A stretch of 64,000 bases of DNA from Dehalococcoidales bacterium (GTDB lineage: Bacteria; Chloroflexota; Dehalococcoidia; Dehalococcoidales; RBG-16-60-22): assembly GCA_041652735.1 (NCBI GenBank), contig JBAZGT010000005.1, forward strand, positions 457-64,456, read 5' to 3'. Made by a program: the position numbers and the translations under genes. The notes beneath the pieces were generated by a model. The model was not told the DNA's origin. It saw only the letters and a program-made list of their open reading frames with translations, and made no database searches. Positions within the stretch are counted from its first letter, which is position 1. Every line of letters starts with the position of its first letter. Below, one piece after another: positions 18,938 to 28,125 of the stretch.

Positions 18938-19693
18938 TTACTTTCCGGCGCTTAAATACATCAATATTGCCCCGCAGGCGGCCACGTTGAGGCTCTCCGC
19001 CTTTTCCGGCGCCACCGGTATGCGCACGCGGCAATCGGCGGCGGCCAGCAGCTCCGGGGAAAGCCCGGCGGCCTCGTTGCCCAGCGCCAGCACCAGCTTT
19101 TCCCGGCCCGGCAGGACGTCCGGCGCGGTATCGCCTTTAAGGTCGGCGGCGGCCAGGCTATAGCCCTGCTTCTTTAGCGTTTGCGCCATTTCCCGGTATT
19201 GCGCCGTGCGCCGCAGCCAGACGGAAAGCACCGTTCCGGCGGAGGCCTGCACGCACTTGGGGGAGAGGGGGTCGGCGGAGCTTTCGGTAAGAATCACGCC
19301 GTCATAGTCCAGGGCGGCGGCGGTGCGGATTAAAGTGCCGGCGTTGCCGGGGTCCTGGATATCCTCCAGCAGCAGGATGCGGCGGCCGGGATTTTGGGGA
19401 AGGGCATCCGTATAAACATCCGCCGGCTGGCGGACGATAGCCATGATGCCCTGCGGCGTCTGCGCCGAGCTGATATAGCGGAACTGGGCGGCGCTGACCC
19501 GGCCTTGCGGGTAGGGGCGGAAATGGGGCGGGGCCTCATCCACGGACACTATTTCCAGGATAGCGTCCGGCTGCGCGGCCATTACCTGGCGGATGGCTTT
19601 GTCCCCCTCCACCGGGAACGCGCCCGCCTCCAGCCGGCCTTTTCTATCGGCCAGACCGCGGTACCATTTCAGGGATTTCAGCGGCGTTGCCAT
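18938..19693 (-). CDS. TrmH/SpoU family RNA 2'-O-methyltransferase
   Basis: 251 aa. Contains IQDPGNAGTLIRTAAA, LGNEAAGLS and ESLNVAACGAILMY motifs. Confidence 0.8.
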   Translation of the reverse strand: MATPLKSLKWYRGLADRKGRLEAGAFPVEGDKAIRQVMAAQPDAILEIVSVDEAPPHFRPYPQGRVSAAQFRYISSAQTPQGIMAIVRQPADVYTDALPQNPGRRILLLEDIQDPGNAGTLIRTAAALDYDGVILTESSADPLSPKCVQASAGTVLSVWLRRTAQYREMAQTLKKQGYSLAAADLKGDTAPDVLPGREKLVLALGNEAAGLSPELLAAADCRVRIPVAPEKAESLNVAACGAILMYLSAGK

Positions 19694-19800
19694 GGCTTGA
19701 TAAACCGTCCCCCGCTATAAACAATACCACACCCGGGAGTCAGTCTGAAAACATGTTCCGCGGGTGTGGTTTTATGACGTTATTATCCGGCGGACCGCGC

Positions 19801-20106
19801 CTATTCGTCTATGGCTTTGGCCATCTGGAGCTCTTTGATCAGGTCCTCGATGGTGATGGCCGCGGTGGTCAGCGGCTGCATGGTGCCGCGGGAGCCCAGT
19901 GAAGAGGCCACCCTGGCGACCACGGTGTTGTTCGGCGCTTCCAGGATATTGACGAAGTCGTATTCGCCCAGCAGCGCGTACTGGGTGATTATCCTGGCGC
20001 CCATGTCCTCGACCTCTTTGTTGACTTCCCAGAGTCGGCCGGGATTGCGCATCAGGGTCTTTCTTCCGGAATCCGTTAGCTTGGTAAGCATCATGTAATA
20101 CGGCAT
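19801..20106 (-). CDS. GYD domain-containing protein
   Basis: 101 aa. The [12 protein letters not shown]... and [14 protein letters not shown] pattern fits the GYD family. Confidence 0.7.
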   Translation of the reverse strand: MPYYMMLTKLTDSGRKTLMRNPGRLWEVNKEVEDMGARIITQYALLGEYDFVNILEAPNNTVVARVASSLGSRGTMQPLTTAAITIEDLIKELQMAKAIDE

Positions 20107-20310
20107 TTCATTCTCCCTTTATACCCCGCTTACGCCGCGGCGTATAGATGAGACTATCTTACAACAACGATGATTAGCTGTCAATAACGCGTATTTTGAA
20201 TATTTTGGGGGGATTTTTGCCTCACCGCCCCGGATTCCCCCCCGCGGTCAGCGGAGAGGCCGTATTGCTTTTAGAAAATAGTGGAAAACCGGCAGGCGTC
20301 CGCCGCCCGG

Positions 20311-22143
20311 CTATTTCCAGCCGGTGAGATGATAGACCACCACGCTCTCCGCCTTGCCCTTGAAAGCCTGCGGCTCCAGCGGCGTGGCCTCGATATGGTC
20401 TTTAATCTGGCGGTAGGTCTCCGGGCCGAGCCATACCTCGGTGCCGGGGGTGGCGGAGCAAATGCGGGAGGCCAGGTTGACGGCGTCGCCGATTACCGTG
20501 TATTCGGTGCGGCCCGATGAGCCCACGTTGCCGGCCAGCACGTCCCCGGTATTGATGCCGATGCCGAACTGCACCCGCGGCAGGGAAGCGTCTTTGGCCT
20601 GCATCTCGCTGATAGCCTGCTGGGCTTCCCAGGCCGCCTTGGCCGCCAGCCGCGCGTGTTCCGCCTGGGCCTGGGGGGCGTTCCATACCGCCATGATATT
20701 GTCCCCGGCGAACTTGTTGACCATGCCGCTGTTGGCCAGCACTTTATCTATCATCACGGAGAGATAGGTATTCAGCATGTGCACGATTTCTTCCGGGGAC
20801 ATCTGCTCGCTCATCTTGGTGAAGCCGCGGATATCAGCGAAGAGAATGGTCGTTTGCCGGCGCTCGCCGCCCAGCTGCAAAGTGCCGCTGTCCGCCAGGT
20901 TGAGAATCTGGTCGGCCACCTGCGGCGAGACGTACCTGCCGAACAAATCTTTGACGAAGCGCTTGTCCGACTGCGCGTAGATAATCATGGCGATAATGCT
21001 GGTGATGTACACGAAAATCAGCATTATCGGCGGATAAAGCAGGTTGAGTATATGGCCGCGGTCGAAGGCGAAAAAGCTGATGACCAGGTAGCCGATAAAC
21101 AGCCCCGCGGTCAAAAGCCCGCCCCACTTTAGCTTGATGAAGGGCAGCGCCAGCGCGGTGATGACCAGCAGCAGGAGCATAATCCAGAGCGTGGTCAAAT
21201 TACCGGCCTCGGTCAGGAACAGGCTGCGCAGGATGGTGTCCATGGTGGCGGCGTGGATGTAAACGCCGGGGACTTTAACGGCGGAGGTGGGTATTCCCCA
21301 GGCGTCCACGTCCCCGGTGGCGGTCATGCCGATGACCACGATCTTGTTATTGACCACCTGCGGGTCGAAGCTGCCGCTGATAACGTCGCCGTAGGAAAGG
21401 TAGGGGCGGTCCTCGCCCTCGGCGGAAAAGTTGATGCGGAGCTGGTATTTTTCATCCACCGGCACATCGCGCGCCAGCAGGTGCAAAGCGCCGTTCTCCC
21501 GTACGTACTCCTCCGGGAAAGGCATATTGAACAGGGTATGCAGCATGGCCAGGCTGAAGGAGGGGAAAACGTTTCCGGACTCGTCCCGGGCTATCAGCGG
21601 CAGGCGCCGCACCTTGCCGTCCCGGTCCGGGATGATATTGGCGTGGCCGGTAGCCGCGATGACATTCCAGAAAGCCGGCACCGGCGCCAGGAAATAATCG
21701 TAGGTGATGGTGCTGTCGATAAGCGGCACGGCCCTGGAGCCGACCACCGGCAGCACGACGTTGCCGGCGTTGGCGATGGCGGCGGCCAGCTGTGTGTCAT
21801 GGGCCGAGGCATCCACGAAAAGGACATCGTACCCGATTACCTTGGCCCCGGCGGCGCTCAGATTATTTATGGCCTGGGCGTGCAGGTCCCGGGACCAGTC
21901 CGACCACTTGCCGTAGGTCTGCAAAGTGGCGTCATCTATGCCGATGACCACGATATTGGGGGAGGGAGCTTCAGCGGTAAAGAGCTGGTCCGTCAGCCAC
22001 AGCTGTACGCTGGCAAACGGCTGCACGAAGGTGGTAAAAAGGATAAAGACCAGGCCGACGGCCAGGAGCGCCGCTATATGAGAGCGCCATTTGCTCTGCC
22101 GCCGGTTGACCGTTTTTTTACTGGTTCCAGTTTTGGCTGACAT
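20311..22143 (-). CDS. CHASE2 sensor domain plus class III adenylate/guanylate cyclase
   Basis: 610 aa. N-terminal TM, periplasmic CHASE2-like region, three TM helices, then cyclase motifs ILFADIRGFT, KFAGDNIMAVW, GINTGDVLAGNVGS and YTVIGDAVNLASRI. Confidence 0.85.
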   Translation of the reverse strand: MSAKTGTSKKTVNRRQSKWRSHIAALLAVGLVFILFTTFVQPFASVQLWLTDQLFTAEAPSPNIVVIGIDDATLQTYGKWSDWSRDLHAQAINNLSAAGAKVIGYDVLFVDASAHDTQLAAAIANAGNVVLPVVGSRAVPLIDSTITYDYFLAPVPAFWNVIAATGHANIIPDRDGKVRRLPLIARDESGNVFPSFSLAMLHTLFNMPFPEEYVRENGALHLLARDVPVDEKYQLRINFSAEGEDRPYLSYGDVISGSFDPQVVNNKIVVIGMTATGDVDAWGIPTSAVKVPGVYIHAATMDTILRSLFLTEAGNLTTLWIMLLLLVITALALPFIKLKWGGLLTAGLFIGYLVISFFAFDRGHILNLLYPPIMLIFVYITSIIAMIIYAQSDKRFVKDLFGRYVSPQVADQILNLADSGTLQLGGERRQTTILFADIRGFTKMSEQMSPEEIVHMLNTYLSVMIDKVLANSGMVNKFAGDNIMAVWNAPQAQAEHARLAAKAAWEAQQAISEMQAKDASLPRVQFGIGINTGDVLAGNVGSSGRTEYTVIGDAVNLASRICSATPGTEVWLGPETYRQIKDHIEATPLEPQAFKGKAESVVVYHLTGWK

Positions 22144-22166
22144 TAAGCGCCGACTTCCTGTTCAGG

Positions 22167-24536
22167 CTAAGAGTAATGGGTTACCGTAAAGGTAAGTTCC
22201 AGCGTTACGGAGTGGCCCAGGCTGTCCGTCACCTCTATAGTAAATGTGTACGGCCCTTCCAGGTCTGGCGTACCTGAGATGATATTGTCTACCAGTTCAA
22301 GGCCGCTGGGAAGTTCACCGCTGCTTATTTGCCAGGTATACGGACCGGTGCCGCCCAAAGCCGTTAATGTCAGTGAATATGGGTCCCCAACGTTGGGCTG
22401 ACTGTATTCGCCCAGGCTGATGGCCATCACGACCACGCTGGCTACATCCGTGGCGGTGGCGTGCCCCTCGCCGTACATGATGTTGCCGCTGGCCTGGGCG
22501 GAGTTGCTCAAAGTGCCGATGTCCCCCTCCGTGGCGGTATGGACGGAGGTGAACTCCCAGGTTTCGTTAAAGTCCAGGATGCCGTCGCTGTCCAGGTCGC
22601 CGCTATGGTAAACGGCCGCGCCGGTGACGTTGTCCGTCACGGTGATTTCGTTCAAAAGGTTGGTGCCGGTATTGGTGACCAGGTAGGTATAGGTGATGTT
22701 ATCGCCAACGTAGGCGACGGCGGCGGATGGCGTCTTGACGATGGCGATGTCAGGCTCGAAACCGGAGGCGTTGCCGGAAGGCCATTCTATCATGGCGGCG
22801 TTCCAGGTATCATCTTCATTTTCCAGCAGGTGGGTGCCTTCCCATACCTTGACCCCGTTTATCCAGATTTTCACCGTGGCGTTGGTGGGGACATCCCCGC
22901 TGAAATAATAGACATCGAAATAGTAGATGCCTTCATAAGAGGGCTGGAGCAGGGTGATGTTCTCCGGGCCGTAGCCGGAGGTTACATCCGTGTCCAGGGA
23001 CGGGTTATCCGTGGTAACACCCTCGGCTCCCCAGTCCGGGTTGGGATTACCGAAGTAGCAATCGCCGGTACTTTGCCATTCCGCGCCGGGGCGGAGGAAA
23101 TGAGAGTCCAGGTCCGTATTGTCGGTATCCCAGGTCAATTCCACCCAGATGCCGTAAATGGGAATATCGGCGTTGACGGTGATGGTATCGCTGGCTATAT
23201 CCTGGCCGTCGGTAGCGGAAACGATGATAACGTTCACGCCGTTGGAGATATTTTCATTCAGGTTGAAACCACCGCCGTTAAAGGCTATGGCGTGGGTCTC
23301 CCCGTTGATGCTGATGTTGCCGCTGACAGCGGTGTTACCGATCAGGCCCTGTATATTAATCGTCCTGGTGGAGACGGCGGCCCCGTCCGCCGGGGTGGTG
23401 ATTATCACGTAAAGACCGGAAAGTATAACCACCTGGGCGTGGTCCGTGCTGATGATGCTGAATTCATAGGAAGGAATATTCGCGGAAAAGGTAGCGCTGT
23501 TGACCAGCGGTGTTGCGTCACCCTCGCCGACTACATGGGCGGCGGTGAAAGTCCAGGTTTCGCCCGGGTCCAAAAGAGAGTTGGCGTTGGCGTCACCTCC
23601 CGCGTAGACTGGCGTGTCGGCGATGTTATCCGTCACCCGGACGTTAGCCAGGACCAGATCCCCGGTATTGGTGATGAAGTAGGTATAGGTGATTGTCTCG
23701 CCCATGGCCGCCTGCGCGCGGTCGGGGTTTACCCCGGTGGTCACGCTGGCTTTATATACCGGCGCGGGCGGGGTGGTGGTGGGCGGCGTTTCTATAGGCT
23801 CCGGCTGGCCGGGTTCCTGTCCGGGGACGATGGTAACTTGATAGCCTTCCGGAATGATTACCTCTTTACCCTGGGCGTAGACCCGGATATCGCCGTGCTG
23901 GTTGCCGACGATGGTGGTGCCGTCACTCATCACGGTGACCGTCATGGTGCTGCCGCGCACGGCGGCTACGGCGGACTGGGTTTCTATCTCGTAGGTGGAG
24001 GCGGAGTCGGTCAGTTTATTGACCCGGCTCACCGTGGTGCCGATAAACTGCGTCATATGGATGGTGGTGGAGCCGGTGGCGGAGAGGCTTATGCTGTCAA
24101 AAGCAATCTCGGTGCCCGCTTCGAGCTCGATAGTGCTGCCTTCGAAGAAGGTAATCTCGGCGCTGGAGTCCGGCCCGGATTTCAGCGTGTCGCCGGGTTC
24201 CAGGGTAGTGCTTGCCTCAACCCTTACCCACGTGGTGGTGCCGGCCCGCTGGACAAAGACATCGCCGCCGGTCAGGGAAAGCACCGTTTGCGGCGTGGCG
24301 GGCTCGGGCGGGGTGGTCGCCGGCGGTGTGGTGGCTGGAGGAGTGGTGGCCGTGGGGGTGGGCGTAGGTGTCCCCGATGGCGCGGGCGTCGTTATTGACG
24401 GCGCGGGGGTGGTCGCCGACGGCGTCGGCGAAGACTCGCTTTTCGTACACCCCCCGAAGGCGATGATGCCCACCAGCAAAACGATGAGCAGCGTAGTCAA
24501 GACTTTTTTCCCGGGGAACCAGCGGCTTAGTTTCAT
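22167..24536 (-). CDS. Secreted or anchored FecR-domain protein with DUF11-like repeats and a C-terminal Ig-like repeat
   Basis: 789 aa. Signal/lipobox-like N-terminus (IAFGGC), T/P-rich linker, FecR-like segment (VFVQRAGTTTWVRVEASTTLEPGDTLKSG), two ITYTY.ITNTG DUF11-type repeats, and a C-terminal GTGPYTWQISSGELPSGL repeat. It ends 23 nt upstream of the cyclase gene. Confidence 0.7.
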   Translation of the reverse strand: MKLSRWFPGKKVLTTLLIVLLVGIIAFGGCTKSESSPTPSATTPAPSITTPAPSGTPTPTPTATTPPATTPPATTPPEPATPQTVLSLTGGDVFVQRAGTTTWVRVEASTTLEPGDTLKSGPDSSAEITFFEGSTIELEAGTEIAFDSISLSATGSTTIHMTQFIGTTVSRVNKLTDSASTYEIETQSAVAAVRGSTMTVTVMSDGTTIVGNQHGDIRVYAQGKEVIIPEGYQVTIVPGQEPGQPEPIETPPTTTPPAPVYKASVTTGVNPDRAQAAMGETITYTYFITNTGDLVLANVRVTDNIADTPVYAGGDANANSLLDPGETWTFTAAHVVGEGDATPLVNSATFSANIPSYEFSIISTDHAQVVILSGLYVIITTPADGAAVSTRTINIQGLIGNTAVSGNISINGETHAIAFNGGGFNLNENISNGVNVIIVSATDGQDIASDTITVNADIPIYGIWVELTWDTDNTDLDSHFLRPGAEWQSTGDCYFGNPNPDWGAEGVTTDNPSLDTDVTSGYGPENITLLQPSYEGIYYFDVYYFSGDVPTNATVKIWINGVKVWEGTHLLENEDDTWNAAMIEWPSGNASGFEPDIAIVKTPSAAVAYVGDNITYTYLVTNTGTNLLNEITVTDNVTGAAVYHSGDLDSDGILDFNETWEFTSVHTATEGDIGTLSNSAQASGNIMYGEGHATATDVASVVVMAISLGEYSQPNVGDPYSLTLTALGGTGPYTWQISSGELPSGLELVDNIISGTPDLEGPYTFTIEVTDSLGHSVTLELTFTVTHYS

Positions 24537-24861
24537 ATATTTCTCCTGTTGCGCAGCCTGAACCGGCTAAAAGTCCGGATTATGGTCCGGCGGCGGAATG
24601 GCGGGCGTTGCAACGCGCAGCCTTGCCTTTCGTCCCTGTTTCTGATATTCTTTTAGCCGAAAGTAAGTTACTCCGTTTACCAAAGTTACGCCTGAAACGG
24701 AGTAGACATTTACGCTTCAGTATAATTCCACGCAGGTGAGTTGTCAACACCGCCTGAGGCTGGGGGCGGCATCAGGGGGTGGCAAATGGACGGTTACTTT
24801 AACGGTAATGCAAAGAAAAATTTTAGCCGACCGGAAAATTTAAAGCCCCGGGGCGCGATGG

Positions 24862-25872
24862 ATGTATAAAAAGTATATCTGGTGCGTCATCATCCTGGCG
24901 GTCATCGTCATTGTGGGCTCCGTGGGGTACTGGCTCATCAGCGGCGGCGGCTACCCTTTCTTCGACTATATCTACATGACGGTGATAACCATCACCACCA
25001 TCGGCTTCGGTGAGGTGATTGACCTGGCCGGCAACACCGGCGGCCGGATATTCACCGTCTTTATCGCCCTCTCCGGCATCGGGGTGCTGGCTTATATCAT
25101 CACCAATTTGACCGCCACCGTCGTGGAGGGGCAGCTGACCAAGTCATTCAGGAGGCGCAGGATGGAAAAATTCGCCGAGAAAGCCAGAGGCCATTACATC
25201 GTCTGCGGCATGGGCTGGGCCGGCCATCACATCGTCCACGAGCTGCGGGAGACCAAGCGCTCCCACATTATTATCGACGTCGACGAAAGCAAGATAGAAA
25301 AAAGCCTGGAAACCCTGTCCGGCTCGGTGTTCATCGAGGGGGATGCCACGGACAATAATATCCTGCTAAAAGCCGGCATCGAGAAAGCGGCCGGGCTGTT
25401 CGCCGTCACGCCGGATGACAACCAGAACCTGGTCATCTGTTTTTCCGCCCGGCAGCTCAACCCGGCGCTGCGCATTGTGGCGCAGTGCAATGAAATCAAG
25501 AACCAGGATAAAATGAAACAGGCCGGGGCGGATTCCATCGTGTCCCCGGGGTATATCAGCGGGATGCGCATGGCATCGGAGATGATACGGCCCACCGTGG
25601 TGGGCTTCCTGGACCGGATGATGCGGGGCCGGGATGAAGCTTTGCGGGTGGAGGAAATAGCCGTGCCCAAGTCCTTCGCCGGCAAACCGTTTTCCTCGCT
25701 CGACCTGAAAAAGTTTCCCCGCACTTTGGTGCTGGCCATTAAAAAAGGGGATGAATGGATATATAATCCCTCCCGCAACGAATGCAGCCTCGACTGCGAT
25801 GACAAGATAATCGTCATGACCACGCCGGAAGAAAGAAAAGACCTGGAGGGCTGTTTTAATCATGAACCGTAA
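24862..25872 (+). CDS. Potassium channel with RCK (TrkA-N/TrkA-C) domains
   Basis: 336 aa. Two TM helices flank the pore signature TTIGFGE; then the GMGWAGHHIV Rossmann motif and a TrkA-C-like tail. Confidence 0.8.
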   Translation: MYKKYIWCVIILAVIVIVGSVGYWLISGGGYPFFDYIYMTVITITTIGFGEVIDLAGNTGGRIFTVFIALSGIGVLAYIITNLTATVVEGQLTKSFRRRRMEKFAEKARGHYIVCGMGWAGHHIVHELRETKRSHIIIDVDESKIEKSLETLSGSVFIEGDATDNNILLKAGIEKAAGLFAVTPDDNQNLVICFSARQLNPALRIVAQCNEIKNQDKMKQAGADSIVSPGYISGMRMASEMIRPTVVGFLDRMMRGRDEALRVEEIAVPKSFAGKPFSSLDLKKFPRTLVLAIKKGDEWIYNPSRNECSLDCDDKIIVMTTPEERKDLEGCFNHEP

Positions 25873-25920
25873 ACTTTTCCCGTTGGCTGAGGCGGGTAGG
25901 GAGGGGGGCATCGCCCGCTC

Positions 25921-26691
25921 ATGAAAGTTACACTCCTGGGAGCCCACAGCAGCGAGACCACGGCGGCCAGGTGCATGTCTATCCTGATAGACGGCAAGCT
26001 GGCCATAGACGCCGGGTCGCTGACCTCATCGCTTTCCCTGGAAGAACAGAAAAGCCTGAACACCATTTTGCTGACCCATGCCCACTTCGACCATATCATG
26101 GACATCCCGCTACTGGCTTTAAACTCTTTCCGCATGAACGCGAGAATTGATATTTACGCCCGGCCGCACGTGCGCGCCATTATCCAGGACCACCTGCTTA
26201 ACGGCCATGTCTATCCCCGGTTCCAGGGGCTGCCGGCTAAAAAGCCCACCATCAGCTTCCGCAGTATCACCCCGCTGCGCCGGAGACAGATAGCCGGTTA
26301 CCAGGTGCTGGCGGTGCCGGTGAACCACGTGGAGGGCACGGTGGGCTACCAGGTAACCGACGCCCGGGGCAAATGCGTGTTTTATACCGCGGATACCGGC
26401 CCGGGACTGCACGAGTGCTGGAAGCGCGTGTCCCCTCAGCTCCTGATTATCGAGACCACCATGCCCAACGGCCAGGAGGACTATGCCCGCCGCACCGGAC
26501 ACCTGACGCCGGACTTGCTGCTGGCCGAGCTGACGGACCTGTGGGCGGTCAAGGGCGAGCTGCCGCGTATCGTGGTGGTGCACCGCGACCCGCTGCTGGA
26601 GGACGAGGTGGTGGAAGGGCTGGCCGCCGTGGCCAAAACTTTAAAGACGGATATCACCGTAGCCGCTGAAGGTATGCAGCTGGAGCTTTAG
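25921..26691 (+). CDS. MBL-fold hydrolase resembling class II cyclic-nucleotide phosphodiesterases
   Basis: 256 aa. Contains THAHFDHIMDIP. Colinear paralog of 35809..36579 (roughly 40-50% identical by eye). Confidence 0.55.
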   Translation: MKVTLLGAHSSETTAARCMSILIDGKLAIDAGSLTSSLSLEEQKSLNTILLTHAHFDHIMDIPLLALNSFRMNARIDIYARPHVRAIIQDHLLNGHVYPRFQGLPAKKPTISFRSITPLRRRQIAGYQVLAVPVNHVEGTVGYQVTDARGKCVFYTADTGPGLHECWKRVSPQLLIIETTMPNGQEDYARRTGHLTPDLLLAELTDLWAVKGELPRIVVVHRDPLLEDEVVEGLAAVAKTLKTDITVAAEGMQLEL

Positions 26692-26746
26692 TGCCGGCCG
26701 TTTTTCCGGCGACGTCCCCGCCGGGCCGGAGACAAGGAGGAACAAA

Positions 26747-27301
26747 ATGTCTACAACCAACCTGCCGATTGTACTGAGAATCCTGGACAACGAGAACCGA
26801 CTGGTGGAACGCGCCGACCAGAAATCGATATCGCTGCTGTCTATCCTGGGCGTGTTCATGGTCTTCTTCGTCGTCTATTACCGCATTATCCCCATCAACA
26901 TCTTTACCGGGGTAATAATCACCCTCTATTTCTTTTGCGCCCTGTACGCCATTGTCAGCCTGGTCATGGCCATCAGGCCCAGGATCCGGCGGGACACCAT
27001 CGATACCGAGGCGAAAGACAACGCCCTTACCTGCGACCCCGCCTTCTTTACCGGCATCTGCACCTTCCCCACCGCCGCCGCCTACAAAAATACCCTCCAG
27101 GCATTGCTCCAGGACGATGCGCAGATTGCGGATATTTACATCCGCCAGATTTTCAGCGTGGCCAAGATAAACGCCGCCAAGTACCGGCATGTTCAGCGCG
27201 GCTCTATCCTGGTGATTTCCTGCCTGGCCATTGAGCTGACCATGATTGTGTACCTGTTCCTGTACTACATGGACATAGGTAAAATGCCGCCCATAACGTA
27301 G
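26747..27301 (+). CDS. Membrane protein resembling the Pycsar effector PycTM / DUF5706 family
   Basis: 184 aa. N-terminal helix with ERADQKS (AD-x-K motif), two TM helices, then a helical tail ending in a third hydrophobic helix. The family assignment is from memory of the Pfam profile and was not searched. Confidence 0.4.
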   Translation: MSTTNLPIVLRILDNENRLVERADQKSISLLSILGVFMVFFVVYYRIIPINIFTGVIITLYFFCALYAIVSLVMAIRPRIRRDTIDTEAKDNALTCDPAFFTGICTFPTAAAYKNTLQALLQDDAQIADIYIRQIFSVAKINAAKYRHVQRGSILVISCLAIELTMIVYLFLYYMDIGKMPPIT

Positions 27302-27310
27302 GGGATAGGG

Positions 27311-27350
27311 ATTAGAGATTAGAGATTAGAGATTAGAGATTAGAGATTAG
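27311..27350. repeat. Tandem heptamer ATTAGAG x about 5.7
   Basis: Read directly. Flanked by GGGGATAGGG and GGGGTGAGGGGATAGGGGG G-tracts, between convergent genes. Confidence 0.9.
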
Positions 27351-27373
27351 GGGTGAGGGGATAGGGGGAGAGG

Positions 27374-28042
27374 TTAGGCGTTCTTGATAAAACGGTAGCC
27401 GATGTTGCGCACCGTCTCTATGTAAGTGTGGTTGCCGTCCTCTATTTTGCCGCGGAGCCGCCGTACGTGGACATCCACCGTCCGGTCCCCGCCGAAGTAG
27501 TCATACCCCCAGATTTTATCCAGTAGCACCTGGCGGGTATAGACCCGTCCCTTGCTGGCGGCCATCAGTTTCAGCAGCTCGTACTCTTTAAAGGTCAGCT
27601 CCACCTTGCCGCCGTTGACCGTGACCTCACAGGTCACCATGTCTATGGTCAGACCGTCGCACCTTATCTCATCGGGGTTGACGCTGTCCCCGGAGCGGTG
27701 CAGCAGGCGGTTCACCCTCAAGACCAGCTCCGACTCTTTATAAGCGCCGACGATGAAGTCGTCTATCTCCGGGTGGTCGTCGAGCACGGTCAGTGCCTGT
27801 TCCGGCACCAGGGCGATGAGGGGCAGGTCCGGCCGTTTCTTCAGGCGGGAGATGAGCTTCCACTCCCGGGCATCGTCGCGGCCGCTGAGCTCCAGGATAA
27901 CCAACTCCGGCGCCTGGCGGGAAAATTCGGCGGCGGCGTTATCGTAAGACACGGCGGCACAGGCGAATCCGCTCCGCGCCAGGGGCGCCTGGATGGAGAG
28001 CGCCGTTTTAGCTTCCGCGGTTACTATCAGCAAACTGGTCAT
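27374..28042 (-). CDS. OmpR/PhoB-family DNA-binding regulator with a degenerate receiver domain
   Basis: The track ORF is trimmed to MTSLLIVTAEAK.... The C-terminal wHTH (LTFKEYELLKLM...VDVHVRRLRGKIE...VRNIGYRF) is intact. Receiver residues are replaced: DD to AE, the phospho-Asp to Glu (LVILELSG), and the conserved Thr and Lys are absent. Confidence 0.75.
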   Translation of the reverse strand: MTSLLIVTAEAKTALSIQAPLARSGFACAAVSYDNAAAEFSRQAPELVILELSGRDDAREWKLISRLKKRPDLPLIALVPEQALTVLDDHPEIDDFIVGAYKESELVLRVNRLLHRSGDSVNPDEIRCDGLTIDMVTCEVTVNGGKVELTFKEYELLKLMAASKGRVYTRQVLLDKIWGYDYFGGDRTVDVHVRRLRGKIEDGNHTYIETVRNIGYRFIKNA

Positions 28043-28125
28043 CGTACCTTTTCCGGCGGGTAGCGCCGGGGCTGATGATTCACGGCTGGCAACGGTTTGC
28101 GTTAACATTATACACCCAACCCCGC

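Noticed and set aside
27311-27350. Possible CRISPR array (also considered for 46675-47180).
   Set aside because: A 7-nt unit without spacers, and a 244-bp tandem duplication, do not fit repeat-spacer architecture. No cas genes are in the window.
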